Below are positions 48,257-60,488 of a stretch of 64,000 nt of DNA, piece by piece. A program made the position numbers and the translations under genes. Positions within the stretch are counted from its first letter, which is position 1. Every line of letters begins with the position of its first letter. Source of the DNA: the human T2T-CHM13v2.0 reference genome, Homo sapiens; the NCBI RefSeq assembly GCF_009914755.1, contig NC_060941.1; one strand, written 5' to 3'. The notes under the pieces are model-generated. The model searched no databases, was not told the origin of the DNA, and worked only from the letters and a program-made list of their open reading frames with translations.

Positions 48257-49674
48257 TAATGAGAATAGTAACCAACCATCTGTAAAGAGAAAGAGAAAAC
48301 CAAGATTAGGGCATAATAAGCAGTAACCAGTAGTTTGTCCCTGGGGAGGGGGATGTGGATGGGGTGTTTGGAAACTAGGACTTCCCATTTTTTTTCCTAC
48401 ATTGTTTTCCCCCTCAAGCACAGGTTACTTTTATAACAAAAGAAAAATTGAAATGTTTCCTTCTGAACTGAAATGAGAAAACTTGCAACAAGAGCGACAG
48501 AGAGATTTTAATTCCTTTTGATCTGAATAAAGAGAGCTATAAGCACTAAAAGAAGTTTAATATGAAGTAAGCTCCTCAGTGTGATGTTGCATTTTTTGTA
48601 TGATGCATTTGTATCCACCCTTCATCCAATTCATGATCCATGAACTGTAAATATGTCAGTATCTGGCAAGGAAAATCTGGGCTTATAAAAGGAACCTGGC
48701 CTCCTTATTTCAGGCTGAGAGCAGGGATTGAGAGAAGATCTGAGATCTCCCGGTGGCGTATGGCACAAAGACTGTGAAGGTTATGCTAGAAACACTCTTA
48801 TTTGGTGTCTATCTTTTCAGACAATAGGAAATAATTGAATTGGAAAAATGACTAAACATTGATAAGGACAAATCAATTTTGCAAATGCTTAGATTCTCTA
48901 AATAAATTCATGTCACTGCATGCTGTGCACATTAGGTCCCAGAGCAGTTAGAGACTGAAAATAAACCACATATTGATATTTGAGGAATGTTAGAGAACAA
49001 GAGCTACTCAACGTGTTGAGACAAGCAAAGACCATCCCAATTTTTCAAGTTTCTGCAAACCATACACCAATCAGCTTGATCTTATCTTAGAAAAAGACTT
49101 TAGAATAAATTGTTCAGATGATCTTTTGTGAATGCCAAAAAATAAAACATGGTACCACTTAGACCAACCCATGTAAAATAACTTTTTATTTTTGCTAGAT
49201 TCATTGATAAACGAAATTCAGTACAAAATGAATCTGGATTTCAGCAGAGCATTTCAAAAGGACTCTCATCGTAGCTTATGAAAACATTGCAGAAAGGTGG
49301 ATTCAATTCAGTGACAATTTGCCAAGACATGTTTTATTCTAATGTCACTGTCTTACTTTATCCAATAATAATAAGAACTTGATCCTAAATTCAAACTGAG
49401 GCCCTGGATAAGAGATGGGCTAGAGGGGCAGATAGGCAGACAGTTTGGGGCAGACTCACTGGACAGTCTTTTCTGCAGATGCTCAGAGCATCTAGAGATT
49501 GCTAGGAGGAGACAGTATTGTTAACTTGGACTCAAACTAACAAGCCATACTTCTGAAGCTAATATTAAACCTGAACCTGAAGAATTCCCTCTTCCAGGCA
49601 GTGGCGGTCAGGACATCATTATGGCTGGAGTAGAAATCTGAACTTAGAAACAGGCATTCAAAAGCAGGAACATA

Positions 49675-49963
49675 CCGGGCGCAGGGGTTCATGCCTGTAA
49701 TCCCAGCACTTTGGAAGGCTGAGGCGGGCAGGATCACCTGAGGTCAGAAGTTCGAGACCAGCCTGGCCAACATGGTGAAACCCTGTCTCTACTGCAAATA
49801 CAAAAATTAGCTGGGCATGGTGGTGGATGCCTGTAGTCCCAGCTACTCAGGAGGCTGAGGCAGGAGAATCGCTTGAACCTGGGAGGGGGAGGTTGCAATT
49901 AGCCGAGATTGCACCATTGCACTCCAGGCTGGGTGACAAGAGCAAAATTCGGTCAAAAAAAAA
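49675..49963 (+). mobile_element. AluS
   Basis: Full Alu with TSD AAAAGCAGGAACA. Confidence 0.92.
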
Positions 49964-50109
49964 AGCAGGAACAAAGGATATCAATACAGGGACCAGAAAA
50001 CCTTTGAGCAGTGGTAGAGGTTGCCCCTACAGGAGGACAAATGCCACCTCACTAAATAGGGACTTAGACATTCAAATACCAGCACATTTCCTCTTCAGGG
50101 CGGAGATCT

Positions 50110-50439
<330 letters not shown>

Positions 50440-50950
50440 CTATACTCAAAAGAAGAGGATGGCTATTCCCTATCCTGTACTGGCTAACAGATAATTTGAT
50501 CGTGAGTTAGGCTCTGATCATGCCCCTTTTAAAGGAATATTGAATAATTGGAAAGTCTTGCAAGTAGAGCAACTATCCTGAGAATAGGACTGGAATTCAA
50601 GTCACATAATGAAAAATGATGGTATCCAGTGATAATTATCCCAGAGAAAAGAAGATCTTTGGGGGAAGGGAAAGACTTAATGTAGAAGATGGATTAGATG
50701 TGTCCTGTGTGGCCTTATAGGGTCAAGAAACAAGACGACCGATTTAAGCAAAAATAAGTGAAAAGTCATTCCTGGAGCTGACTAGAGAGACACATGTTTT
50801 CTTGGGAAGTCGTGTGCCCTATTCTCTGGAGACAGGAAAACACAGACAAAAAAACTAATAGGGATGTCACAGAATGCTTGCGTAAATAAATGGGTAATTT
50901 GATCAACTGATATGCAAGATTCCTTAAGTCATTAAGGATTTATGAAGGCA

Positions 50951-51239
50951 TGTCTCATGCCTGTAACCCAGCACTTTGGGAGGCTGAGGCAGGCAGACCA
51001 CTTGAGGTCAGGAGTTTGAGACCAGCCTTGGCTAACATGGTGAAACCCCATCTCTAGTAAAAATACAAAAATTAGCCAGTTGTGGTGGCATGCACTTGTA
51101 ATCCCAGCTACTTGGGAGGCTGAGGCTGCGGCTGCAGAATTGCTTGAACCCAGGAGGCGGAGGCTGCAGCGAGCCAAGATTGCACCATTGCACTTCAGCC
51201 TGGGCGACAGAGTGAGACTCTGTCTCAAAAAAAAAAAAA
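50951..51239 (+). mobile_element. AluS
   Basis: Dimeric Alu; approximate TSD ga(t/c)ttatgaa(g/a)gca. Confidence 0.9.
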
Positions 51240-52517
51240 GACTTATGAAAGCAATGATCATACAAGTTCTGACCATTGTCCTGAATTTTAACCAAGGTAC
51301 CCGTCAGAGTAGGAAACCTACATCTCAGAGTGGTTTTGCCATTACCAAAGCCATTCTTGACTTTAGTTGTTTTCAAAGTTTACACCACCCGATTTAACTG
51401 CCATTATCCTTCCCATTGGCTGTTTTCATCAGTTTCCAGGCAATTCCACCCATTTATTTGTGGGTCACTGTCTTTCTTTTCTCCTCTAGGCCTGTCTCTT
51501 TTTTTTAGTGAATTCAACTTCCATAAGGATAATTCATCAAACATCTTGATCTCTCAGTTCGTTGACCTCTTCACCAGCCATGAGTTTTCCCCTTCCTCCA
51601 TCCCAGTCACTCATTACCAGAATAATTTCCTGATCCTCATTATCACAAAAATGGAACCAGATGAGAAACTAACCAGAGTATTTCTTTCCATAAGATTTAT
51701 TACACTTAGTTAACAACTTTCTGCCAAACCATCCTTCAGAGCTAAAGGGAATACCATATACAGTAATAAGGAAAGGATGTTTCCTTCCCAAAGACAGGAA
51801 TTGTTGCAAAACTGATATATTTAAAACCCCAGAGGAAAAAAAATTGTATTCTTAGATTTGGGGAAACTTGTCCCTACATAGAAAGCCTCCAGGTGATTCT
51901 AGCCCATAGCCATTTGGATATTTCCAACCAAAGTCCAAGACATCTCAGATTGTAGACAAGCTCTCTCTGCTGTGCACTGGCTGAATTCCTGACCCACAGA
52001 ATCCACGAGCATATTGGAAACTGGAGAAAGGAAAATTCTTGCTATGCAGTGGCAGAAAGTACTCTGTCATCCGCAGTTTTGAGGCAAAAGTAGAAAGGTT
52101 CCTGGTGAACTGAGTGATCTAACTAAGGAAATTTCCAACTAAAGTCTTGAAGGTGTTCTTTGATTTCTTCTTGCTGACTATAATAAAATGTGAGAAGAGA
52201 AAGATAAATTGAGAGAAGGGCTGATTAAAAAAAAAAAAAAAGGATCCTGGACAGTATTGTTTGTTTTGAAAATTCTCAGCCTCTCCAATGGCAAATAATG
52301 CTAAAGTTTAAAAATGACTTCTAAGCAAATATCAAATTGAAGACAATGCCAGAGAAATTCAGGTATACCAGAAATCATGCCCTAAAGATAAAGCTAACGT
52401 GTGGCTATAAGATTTTTTAAGATCTGAGAAAGTCAAAAATTAGAAAATTATTTTCATTTCAAAAATGAAAAATGGGGAACAGCTACATACAAAAGCCCCT
52501 CTAAAGATATTAAGCGA

Positions 52518-52823
52518 GGCCGGGCGCAATGGCTCAAGCCTGTAATCCCAGCACTTTGAGAGGCCGAGGCGGGTGATCACAAGGTCAGGAGATCGAGACC
52601 AGCCTGGCCAATATGGTGAAATCCCCTATCTACTAAAAAATACAAAAATTAGCCGGGCATGGTTGTGGGCGCCTGTAGTCCCAGCTACTTGGGAGGCTGA
52701 GGCAGGAGAATCGCTTGAAACAGGGAGGCGGAGGTTGCAGTGAGCCAAGGTCACCGCCACTGCACTCCAGCCTGGGTGACAGAGTGAGGCTCTGTCTCCA
52801 AAAAAAAAAAAAAAAAAAAAAAA
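52518..52823 (+). mobile_element. AluS (Sg/Sc-like)
   Basis: Full Alu, long A tail, TSD approximately atattaag(c/t)ga. Confidence 0.92.
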
Positions 52824-53049
52824 ATATTAAGTGAGAACCTCACAGACACTCTCGGATAAGTCAAAGAGGCTTCTAGGAAACTTAAGGGCATTGTCCTCAG
52901 CTATTACATCAGGGGTCCAAGTGTTTATCTCTAGATGATCTGTGGTAGTAACTTTTGTCTAATAGAGTAAACTCCAAGAAGATTCACAGGAGAACCACAA
53001 ATTTTTTCTAAAAATTATATATACAAACAAATTGCCAGCTTGAACAGAG

Positions 53050-53278
53050 GCATGTCTCACATGGTGGCAGACAAGAGAAGAGAGCTAGTGCAGGGAAACT
53101 CCCCTTTTTAAAAACATCAGATCTCGTGAGACTCATTCACTATCACGAGAACAGTGTAGGAAAGACCCACCCTCATAATTCAATCACCTCCCACTGGTTT
53201 CCTCCCATGACACATGGGAATTGTGGGAGTTACACTTCAAGATGAGATTTGGGTGAGGACACAGTCAAACCATATCAT
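53050..53278 (-). mobile_element. THE1 LTR fragment
   Basis: Ends gagatttgggtgaggacacagtcaaaccatatca, typical of THE1/MST. Confidence 0.8.
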
Positions 53279-53307
53279 TAGGTTAGGCTGTAAAGGGACT
53301 GTGACTT

Positions 53308-53590
53308 ATATATATATATTATATATATATATATTTTATACTTTATATATATATATTTTATAATATATATTTTATATATTATATATCTATTTTTTATACT
53401 TTAAGTTCTAGGGTACATGTGCACAATGCGCAGGTTTGTTACATATGTATACACGTGCCATGTTGGTGTGCTGCACCCATTAACTCGTCATTTACATTAG
53501 GTATATCTCCTAACGCTATCCCTCCCCCAACATACCAGGCCCTGGTATGTGATGTTCCCCTTCCTGTGTCCAAGTGTTCTCATTGTTCAA
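53308..53590 (-). mobile_element. Short L1PA 3' end with a (TA)n-derived tail
   Basis: tatactttaagttctagggtacatgtgcac after the TA-rich tract at 53308-53395. Confidence 0.85.
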
Positions 53591-55674
53591 GTCTCACCTT
53601 TCTCTTCGCTTCCTCTGGGAGAATCCAGATGCTGTGCTATGAGGACAATCAGCCAGAGTATGGAGAAGCCCATGAGGCAATGAACTGATATCTCTGGCTA
53701 ACAGTTGGTGTGAACCAGTGGCCTTCCAGTGTCCACATAAATGAGCTTGGAAGTGAATCCTTCTCTAGTTGAGCCATGAGATGACCGCAGCCCCAGCCAA
53801 CACCTCACCAACCATCTCATAAAAGACCCCAAGCTATAGGTATCTAGCTAAGCCACATCTAGTTTTCTAACCCACAGAAACAGTGAGATAATAAACTTTG
53901 TTGTTTCAGCCACTAAGTTTTGAGATAATTGTTATGCAACAATAGGTAACTAATATAATGAAACAGGTCCATGTATCAAAATGCATAGTTCTTAAAAGCA
54001 ATAATGAAATTTAAAAAGTAAATTGCATAATTTTACATCACATACATAAATTCTTAAATCTGCAATCCTTCATACTAGGTCTTGTTTAAATACTTTATAA
54101 ATATAAGATGTTTATATTTTTATATAAATTAACAGTGACTGGGAGAATATACAATAAAATTATGATAGAAGTTATATCTGAGATGAAAAAAGGGAAATAA
54201 GACTGAAGAGGGGACTTCAACTTTACAAGCATAATGTTTCATTTCAATTAATTTTTTAAAGATCCAAAGCAGAAGTAAGAAAATGCCAATTTGGAGAGGC
54301 AGGTTCTTGTAATATTTTTCTCAAAATTTTCTTGTATTTTTAAAATTGTTCCCTGCCCTGAACATAAGTGTAAAGAAAGATTTAGTTACATGTTCAGGCT
54401 TGGCAGAACATTGCTTATTAGAGGAGATTCAGATGTTTTATGGACAAGCCCTAGCAAACTTAAAAGGAGAAAATACATGCTATGTCATTTAAACTGTTGC
54501 CAAGCATGGTTAAAGACACAAAGCTTCTCAACTCATGTTTCACATTTGACATGTTTAGAATGTGAAGTTTGCATGTTGGCAGATGGCCGGTAAACACACT
54601 TGCCTATAAAACTGAGAAATCTGTCATTGGGACAACAAAAACTATGAGGTAGATGGGTAAAAAAAAAACTATTATAAAATGAAATTTGAAGTTTCAGGTG
54701 TCTTGAGAATCCTGGTATCAATCAACAAATTATTAAAGTTAATATAACTCCTAAACAATGTCTGCATCCTCTTGTAAGAAGCATTCTTGAAAAGTCTATG
54801 CAATATGAGATGAGGTGCATCTGCTTCCCAGAGCCATATCCTTCCTCTAGCATGATGGAAATCTCCATGGAAGGTGTGGGAGAGAGAATTTGAACAGGGT
54901 GTCCATCAAAATGTCATTTCTGGAAGACATTCTATCCACGGTAATTCCTTTGTGGTGTCAAGTTCCCTCTCTCTCCTTCTTCCTTTTTAAAAAAATTTTC
55001 TTTTGGGACCTTAGTTATAAATAATTGAATTATTATCATCTGTGATTTTTGCATGGTCCCTCTCTTATTTATTTTTTATGTACTTATAAATCAGTTAATT
55101 TACTTCTTCTTCTCCCTTTACTCCCTTCGTTTCCTATAGGCCACTATGCTATTCTGTCTAATGTATATTCAACGCATATTAAATTTATTTAATGGATTTG
55201 TATATATCCTTATAAAGTATTGTTCAGTACACATATACTTTATGTAAATAGCAATCAGTAATATATCTCATTCTGGTTTGTCATTAAGCAGAATTTTTAA
55301 AAATCCATCTATGCTACAGTGTGTATATGTAATCTATTGTTATTAATTCCTGCATGATACTCCATGAAGAGGATCACCGAGTTGCCTACCCACTTTCACA
55401 GTGTTGGACACCAGCTTTCCTTTGACGTTTTTGCCACCATAGGGATGCTACAGTGAACATCCACATGTACACCTCCCTGAGGACCTGTGTGAGAATTTTC
55501 TGGAAATACACACTCAGGTGTTGGATTGCTGGATCATGGAGCATCACTTACATAATTTACATAAATAGTTTCAGATTGTTCTTTAGAGTGGCCAAACAAG
55601 CCAACAATCCCATTAGCAATGCAGGAAAATTCCTGTAAATTCCCACTCCCACCAACACTTGGCATTATATAGCA

Positions 55675-56694
55675 CAGGAGTCAGAAAACTATGGCCCATT
55701 GATACAGGAGCGGGGCAGGGAAGTGCTGGGAGAAGAAGGGTGGGTCCCTGGTGAGGACTCCACCCCTACTGTGCCCACGGACCTAGGGAACAGGCATTTC
55801 TGAATGAATAAGAACAGGCATTTCTGTTTTTGTGCCCAAACGTTGCATTTCCCAAAACCACCCTGGCCCACCACGCCCTCATCCTGTGCCTAGTGGGAAG
55901 AGACACAGGCAGCTGGACATCCGAGAGGAGCAAATCGTCAGAAGAGCACACCGACAGGCAGCGGCAGACGCCAGCAGGACGGCAGGCCATCGACAGGGGG
56001 AACCATAGTGAGTTTGTCGGGGGCGGGATGAGGGAAGCCTGGCTGAGCAGCCCAACTCCAGGGGAAAACCACCTTCCCACTCCATCCCCCTTCTGGCTCC
56101 CCCGTCTGCTGAGAGCTACTTCCACTCAATAAAACCTTGCACTCATTCTCCAAGCCCATGTGTGATCCGATTCCTCCAGTACAACAAGGCAGGAAACCCT
56201 GGGATACAGAAAGCCCTCTGTCCTTGCCATAAGGCAGGGGGTCTAATTGAGCTAACTAACACAACCCATCTATGGACGGAGGCTAAACTGAAAGAGTACC
56301 CTGTACACACACCCACTGGGGCTTCAGCTGTAAACACTCACCCCTAGACGCTGCCGTGGGGTCAGAGCCCCAAAGCCTGCCCATCTGCATGCTTCCCCTA
56401 GAAGTGTGAGCAGTGGGGCACGGAAGAAGCGAGCCACGCCCCCGTTGCACGCCCTGCGAGGGGAACAAGGAAACTCTTCCCGTCTCACCATGAGCCAAAC
56501 AGAGCCCCAGCCTGTTTTTACAAAGTTTTATTAGAACCCAGCCACACTCATTTGCTTACATATTGTCTATAAATGTAATGATATAATGCAATGATACAAC
56601 GGCAAAATTCAGTAGTTGCAACAGAGACCATGTGCCCCACAAAGCCTAAATTATGTATATCTGTCCCTTTACAGGATAAGTTTGCTGGGCTCTG
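55675..56694 (+). mobile_element. MER58A (hAT-Charlie MITE), split by an LTR
   Basis: CAGG...CTG termini, MER58A internal text, perfect 8-bp TSD ATATAGCA at 55667-55674 and 56695-56702. Confidence 0.85.
55700..56487 (+). mobile_element. ERV1 solo LTR (LTR1/LTR27/LTR28 group)
   Basis: TG...CA ends, 4-bp TSD CCAT (55696-55699, 56488-56491), AATAAA at 56128, GC-rich. Confidence 0.8.
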
Positions 56695-57854
56695 ATATAG
56701 CACTCTATTTTTTGCAAATCTAATACCTGTAAAGTAATATGTAATTGTTATTTTAATTTTGAAATCTCTGAGAAATAATACTTTTGAGAATTCTTTCACA
56801 GGCTTACTTAAGGATTCATCTTCCGTGAAGTTCCATTCATGTCTCAAGAGAGGTTTTGCACAGGGTGTCCACCCAAAGATCGTTTCTGGGAGACATTCCA
56901 TCCATGGCACTTCCTTTGTGATATCAAGTTCCCTCTCTCCCCCTCCTCCTTTTTGTTTCTAATTTTCTTTTTGGACCTCAAAATTAGTCAATCACATTTC
57001 TTATTTTATGGCATACTAAAAAGATATCCTTCCAAATCTCTTCCCCATCAGTTCCAGAAGTACAAGAGGCTTCAGTTTTAATCAGTTTGAGAATATTTAG
57101 AACCTCACAGAACACATCAACAAACTCACAAGATCATGTAAATAAATGAGCCCTCAGAGGTAGAATAAACTAACTTCTTCGTGTTATAGATTAGCACCCT
57201 GGTGTTACATAAGGTCATACAGTAAATAAGTGGCCAGGATGCAACTCAAGCCTTCTCCTTTGAGCCGTGGTCTAGTGCTTTTTCCTCACCACCACCATAG
57301 AAGTCCTCCTCTGAGTTGCATTTCCAAGCAGGTCATAAGGCAAATGCCCATACTCTTGTCCTTCAGTGACCTTGATGTCTCATTATTCCCGGGCTCTTTT
57401 GGTTAGTTTTCCTTCATCTGTAAGGTTTTTTTTAGAATGTCCCACACATATTGGCAAGACCTATTTAACTACTGAGAACCTCAAATCACAGTGATTGAGA
57501 GGACTGGAACGAGAGATGCTCAGCCAGTGACCATCAGGTAAGTTTATGAGCAGATCCTAAGGTCCCTCCTCGGGTTGGGGAGAAGGCCCGATCTGGGAGA
57601 AAGTCAGGGCACTGGTCATAAAGACATAAGGACAGAAGCCCAACCATTTAAACTGGGACAGGAGTCATCCAAAGGGCAGGGGGGAACAAGAGGGTGATAT
57701 CAGCTGGGCCAGTTAGATGGGGAAGGCTAAAATGCTAAAATCAGTCTTTTAGTGCACTTTACTCAGGTTTGGCTAGGCATGTTTTATAGGCAATTGTAAA
57801 TCATGGAGCAAATAAATCAACCTTAAGTGCAGCCATACAACTAAGTTGAAATGT

Positions 57855-57962
57855 GGTGTGTGTCTGTGTGTGAGTGTGTGTGTGCATGTATGTGTGTGCA
57901 TCTGTATCTGAGTGTGTGTGTGTGTACCTGTATGCATCTATATGTGTGTGCATGTGTGTGGG
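57855..57962. repeat. Degenerate (TG)n
   Basis: Directly visible. Confidence 0.9.
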
Positions 57963-58459
57963 TAGAAAAGGTACTGAAGGCAATACCCATACATAGTTAG
58001 AAATAAAAGGAAAATACCCATTAGAAGACTAGAACAGATCTAGCTACTTGAACTGTTGAAATGATAAGCCCACCTATATCTAGGGATTCAAGAAGCATTC
58101 AATGCTTCTTGAATTCAATTCAAGAAGAGATTCAGTGCTGACATTAGTCAATTCAACTGCAGGTAGAAATTCTCCACCTGGACCCTTCCATGTTCAGGTG
58201 CTAGATTTTGTTCTTATGGCCATCCCCCTCTTTTTTGACCCAGAACCTTCTTTCAAGACTACGACCCTTGTGATTCTAAAACTGGGGATAAAACAATTAA
58301 TAGTCTCTCTACAGATCCAAAGTATACCTCAGTGACAGAAAAATGTGAACTATGAAGATTTGTTTGCTAGTTACCAAATTATTGCTGCTCACCTACAGGT
58401 ACACCCTTCATTGCCTGCTCTATGATAATACAAAGGGATCCTATGAATATTTCTCCTTA

Positions 58460-58599
<140 letters not shown>

Positions 58600-58951
58600 G
58601 AATCTTAAATGAATTAACCCTAAGCTATTCTCTATGGCCAATACCTCATGTTTGTTTTCATCTGTGGCTTTCCAGAACCATTTTTGTTGTTGGCTTCCTG
58701 TCTACTCACTATAGGGAAAATGAGCCCACTCAGCTCAAAAGAACTCTTGGTGGTGAAAATTTTGGAAGCCAGTGAACTGTTTGCCCTTACTCTCGTCCAG
58801 CTGGAGAATCTATAATCCTAGACACTAGCTACCCTTGCAGACCAATGCAGACCCACTGACTTAGATGACTCAGGCTCATTGTGTTCAAATGTGACCTGAA
58901 GGAAATCTACATAGAGGTGTGTGTAGGAATGAAAGCACTCCAGGAGTCTTA

Positions 58952-58982
58952 TTTATTATACTTAACCAGTCACATTTTTATT
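58952..58982 (-). terminator. Two candidate polyadenylation signals for KRTAP29-1
   Basis: TTTATT at 58977-58982 and 58952-58957, about 340-365 nt past the stop. Confidence 0.7.
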
Positions 58983-59317
58983 AGCAGCTGGCAGCAACGA
59001 GGTCTTCTGAAAGACCAGGCAGCATCAAGAAAGAGAAACAAGAGAGGGTTTGCTAAAGTGAAATGAATTGACATCATCAGGAAATGCAAGCAGCAGTGTG
59101 GTAGTCCATGGTTGCTGAAAGGTTATTCTCGGTTAAGAAGGATCTCTTCGTGCCTGGACAAGTTCCCTGGTCAGCACCTGGAGAGAATGTGAAGGTGGAA
59201 TCAGGGTAAAGTTAGAAAGCAGGCAGCATTTGTACTCGGTGGGAGGCAGGCACCCAGGGATGGCTATGCATTTATAGACAGCCGCAGACCCTCAGAGGAG
59301 GTGTGAAGAGGGCTCCA

Positions 59318-60343
59318 TTAACAAAGTGTTGCCTTGCAGAAGCTGGACTCACAGCTGGGTTGGCATGAAGTCGGCAAGCAATTGGAGCCACTACTGGGTG
59401 ATGTGCCTAAACCAGTCACACAGCAAGCTGATTTGCAGCCACTCTGGTTATAGGAAGGGGGTCCATCACAAGTTGGTTGGCCAGAAATCACAGTGTCACA
59501 AGAAGCTGGTTTGCAACAGTTCTTTGTGGAACAAGGGGCCTGGCAGTTAGCCACTGGCTGGTAGATGAAGCATGTGGAAGGAACCAGTTGGCAGTGAGGT
59601 GGCTGGCAATGGGAAGGCACACAGCAAGTAGTATTGCAAGAACTGAACACACAAGTCGATGGCTGGCAGGGAACAGGCATGTAGAGGGCTGATTGGCAAG
59701 GCTTGAAAATATAGCAGATGGGTTGATAATAAGTTGATTTACAGGGCTGGCCTTCACCACTGACGGGTTGACATGAACTTCCTTGGCACCAAGTTGGTTG
59801 GCATGGACTAGCTGTACAGATGGTTGGTAGGCAAGAAGTTTCCGGACAGGAGGTCACTTCAGAGCAGGATGGCTGGCAGGATCCAGCATCACAGCAGACT
59901 GATTGGCCACAAGCTGCCTGACATGATCCAGACATGCAGACAGATTCCTGGCAGGAGCTTTGCTGGCAGGGACTGGCATCGCAGCACTTTTCCTGACAAC
60001 AAGTGGATTCCGAGCAGGATGGCTGACATGAGCTAACCAGACAAGGAGACTGACCAGTGCCAGACTGATAGCAGGCTGCGTGGGAGCACATAGGTTGGCA
60101 AACAAAACCCACACAAGACGTTGCTGGAAGGCGGGTAGGTTGACACGAAGCAGGATCACAGCCACTTGGGGCACCAATGGATGGCTGACAGCTTTCTTGG
60201 CATGTGACCAGTTGCCACATTCTGCTGTGGCAGGAACTAGGCAAACAGAGAGCATGTCGAAATCCACCTTTAACTGGGTATGTGGTGATGGTGGGCACAG
60301 CTGGAATGGCTGTGGTGTTTCCAGGACAACAGCCGTCTGCCAT
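59318..60343 (-). CDS. KRTAP29-1: Keratin-associated protein 29-1, 341 aa, single exon
   Basis: ACCATGG start, MADGCCPGNTTAIPAVPT..., CQPS-rich; TAA at 59318; TATA upstream. Confidence 0.93.
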   Translation of the reverse strand: MADGCCPGNTTAIPAVPTITTYPVKGGFRHALCLPSSCHSRMWQLVTCQESCQPSIGAPSGCDPASCQPTRLPATSCVGFVCQPMCSHAACYQSGTGQSPCLVSSCQPSCSESTCCQEKCCDASPCQQSSCQESVCMSGSCQAACGQSVCCDAGSCQPSCSEVTSCPETSCLPTICTASPCQPTWCQGSSCQPVSGEGQPCKSTYYQPICYIFKPCQSALYMPVPCQPSTCVFSSCNTTCCVPSHCQPPHCQLVPSTCFIYQPVANCQAPCSTKNCCKPASCDTVISGQPTCDGPPSYNQSGCKSACCVTGLGTSPSSGSNCLPTSCQPSCESSFCKATLC

Positions 60344-60419
60344 GGTGCTGGTGCTGACCTTGCTGGGAAGTTGCAAGCTCAGTATACCTGCATTGGAAAG
60401 ACATCCAATACAGAGGGGC

Positions 60420-60488
60420 TTTTATAGTCCTTCACTAGGGGTGTTGGCACGCCATGCAGCATCTTTCCTTGTTATTGTTTTTACTCAT
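60420..60488 (-). promoter_or_regulatory. KRTAP29-1 proximal promoter
   Basis: TATAAAA at 60426-60420; AAACAATAACAAGGAAA at 60480-60464; AP-1-like ATGAGTAA at 60488-60481. Confidence 0.75.

Larger units (their letters stand above)
51870..53957 (+). mobile_element. MLT1 MaLR provirus remnant (LTR, internal, LTR) hosting later insertions
   Basis: LTR-like gaattcctgacccacagaatcc, MaLR-int-like attggaaactggagaaagg, 3' LTR ending gttatgcaacaataggtaactaatata. Confidence 0.55.
55065..56845 (-). mobile_element. Old L1M fragment, split by MER58A and an LTR
   Basis: L1M-like antisense text (ttgctggatcatgg...ccaccaacacttggcatt) resumes after 56702. Confidence 0.65.

Noticed and set aside
55689-56498. 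Cluster of overlapping ORFs in GC-rich sequence
   Set aside because: Lies within a solo LTR; no gag/pol/env similarity visible.
60344-60376. 11-aa N-terminal extension of KRTAP29-1
   Set aside because: Non-ATG start; ATG 60343 has strong Kozak context and gives 341 aa.
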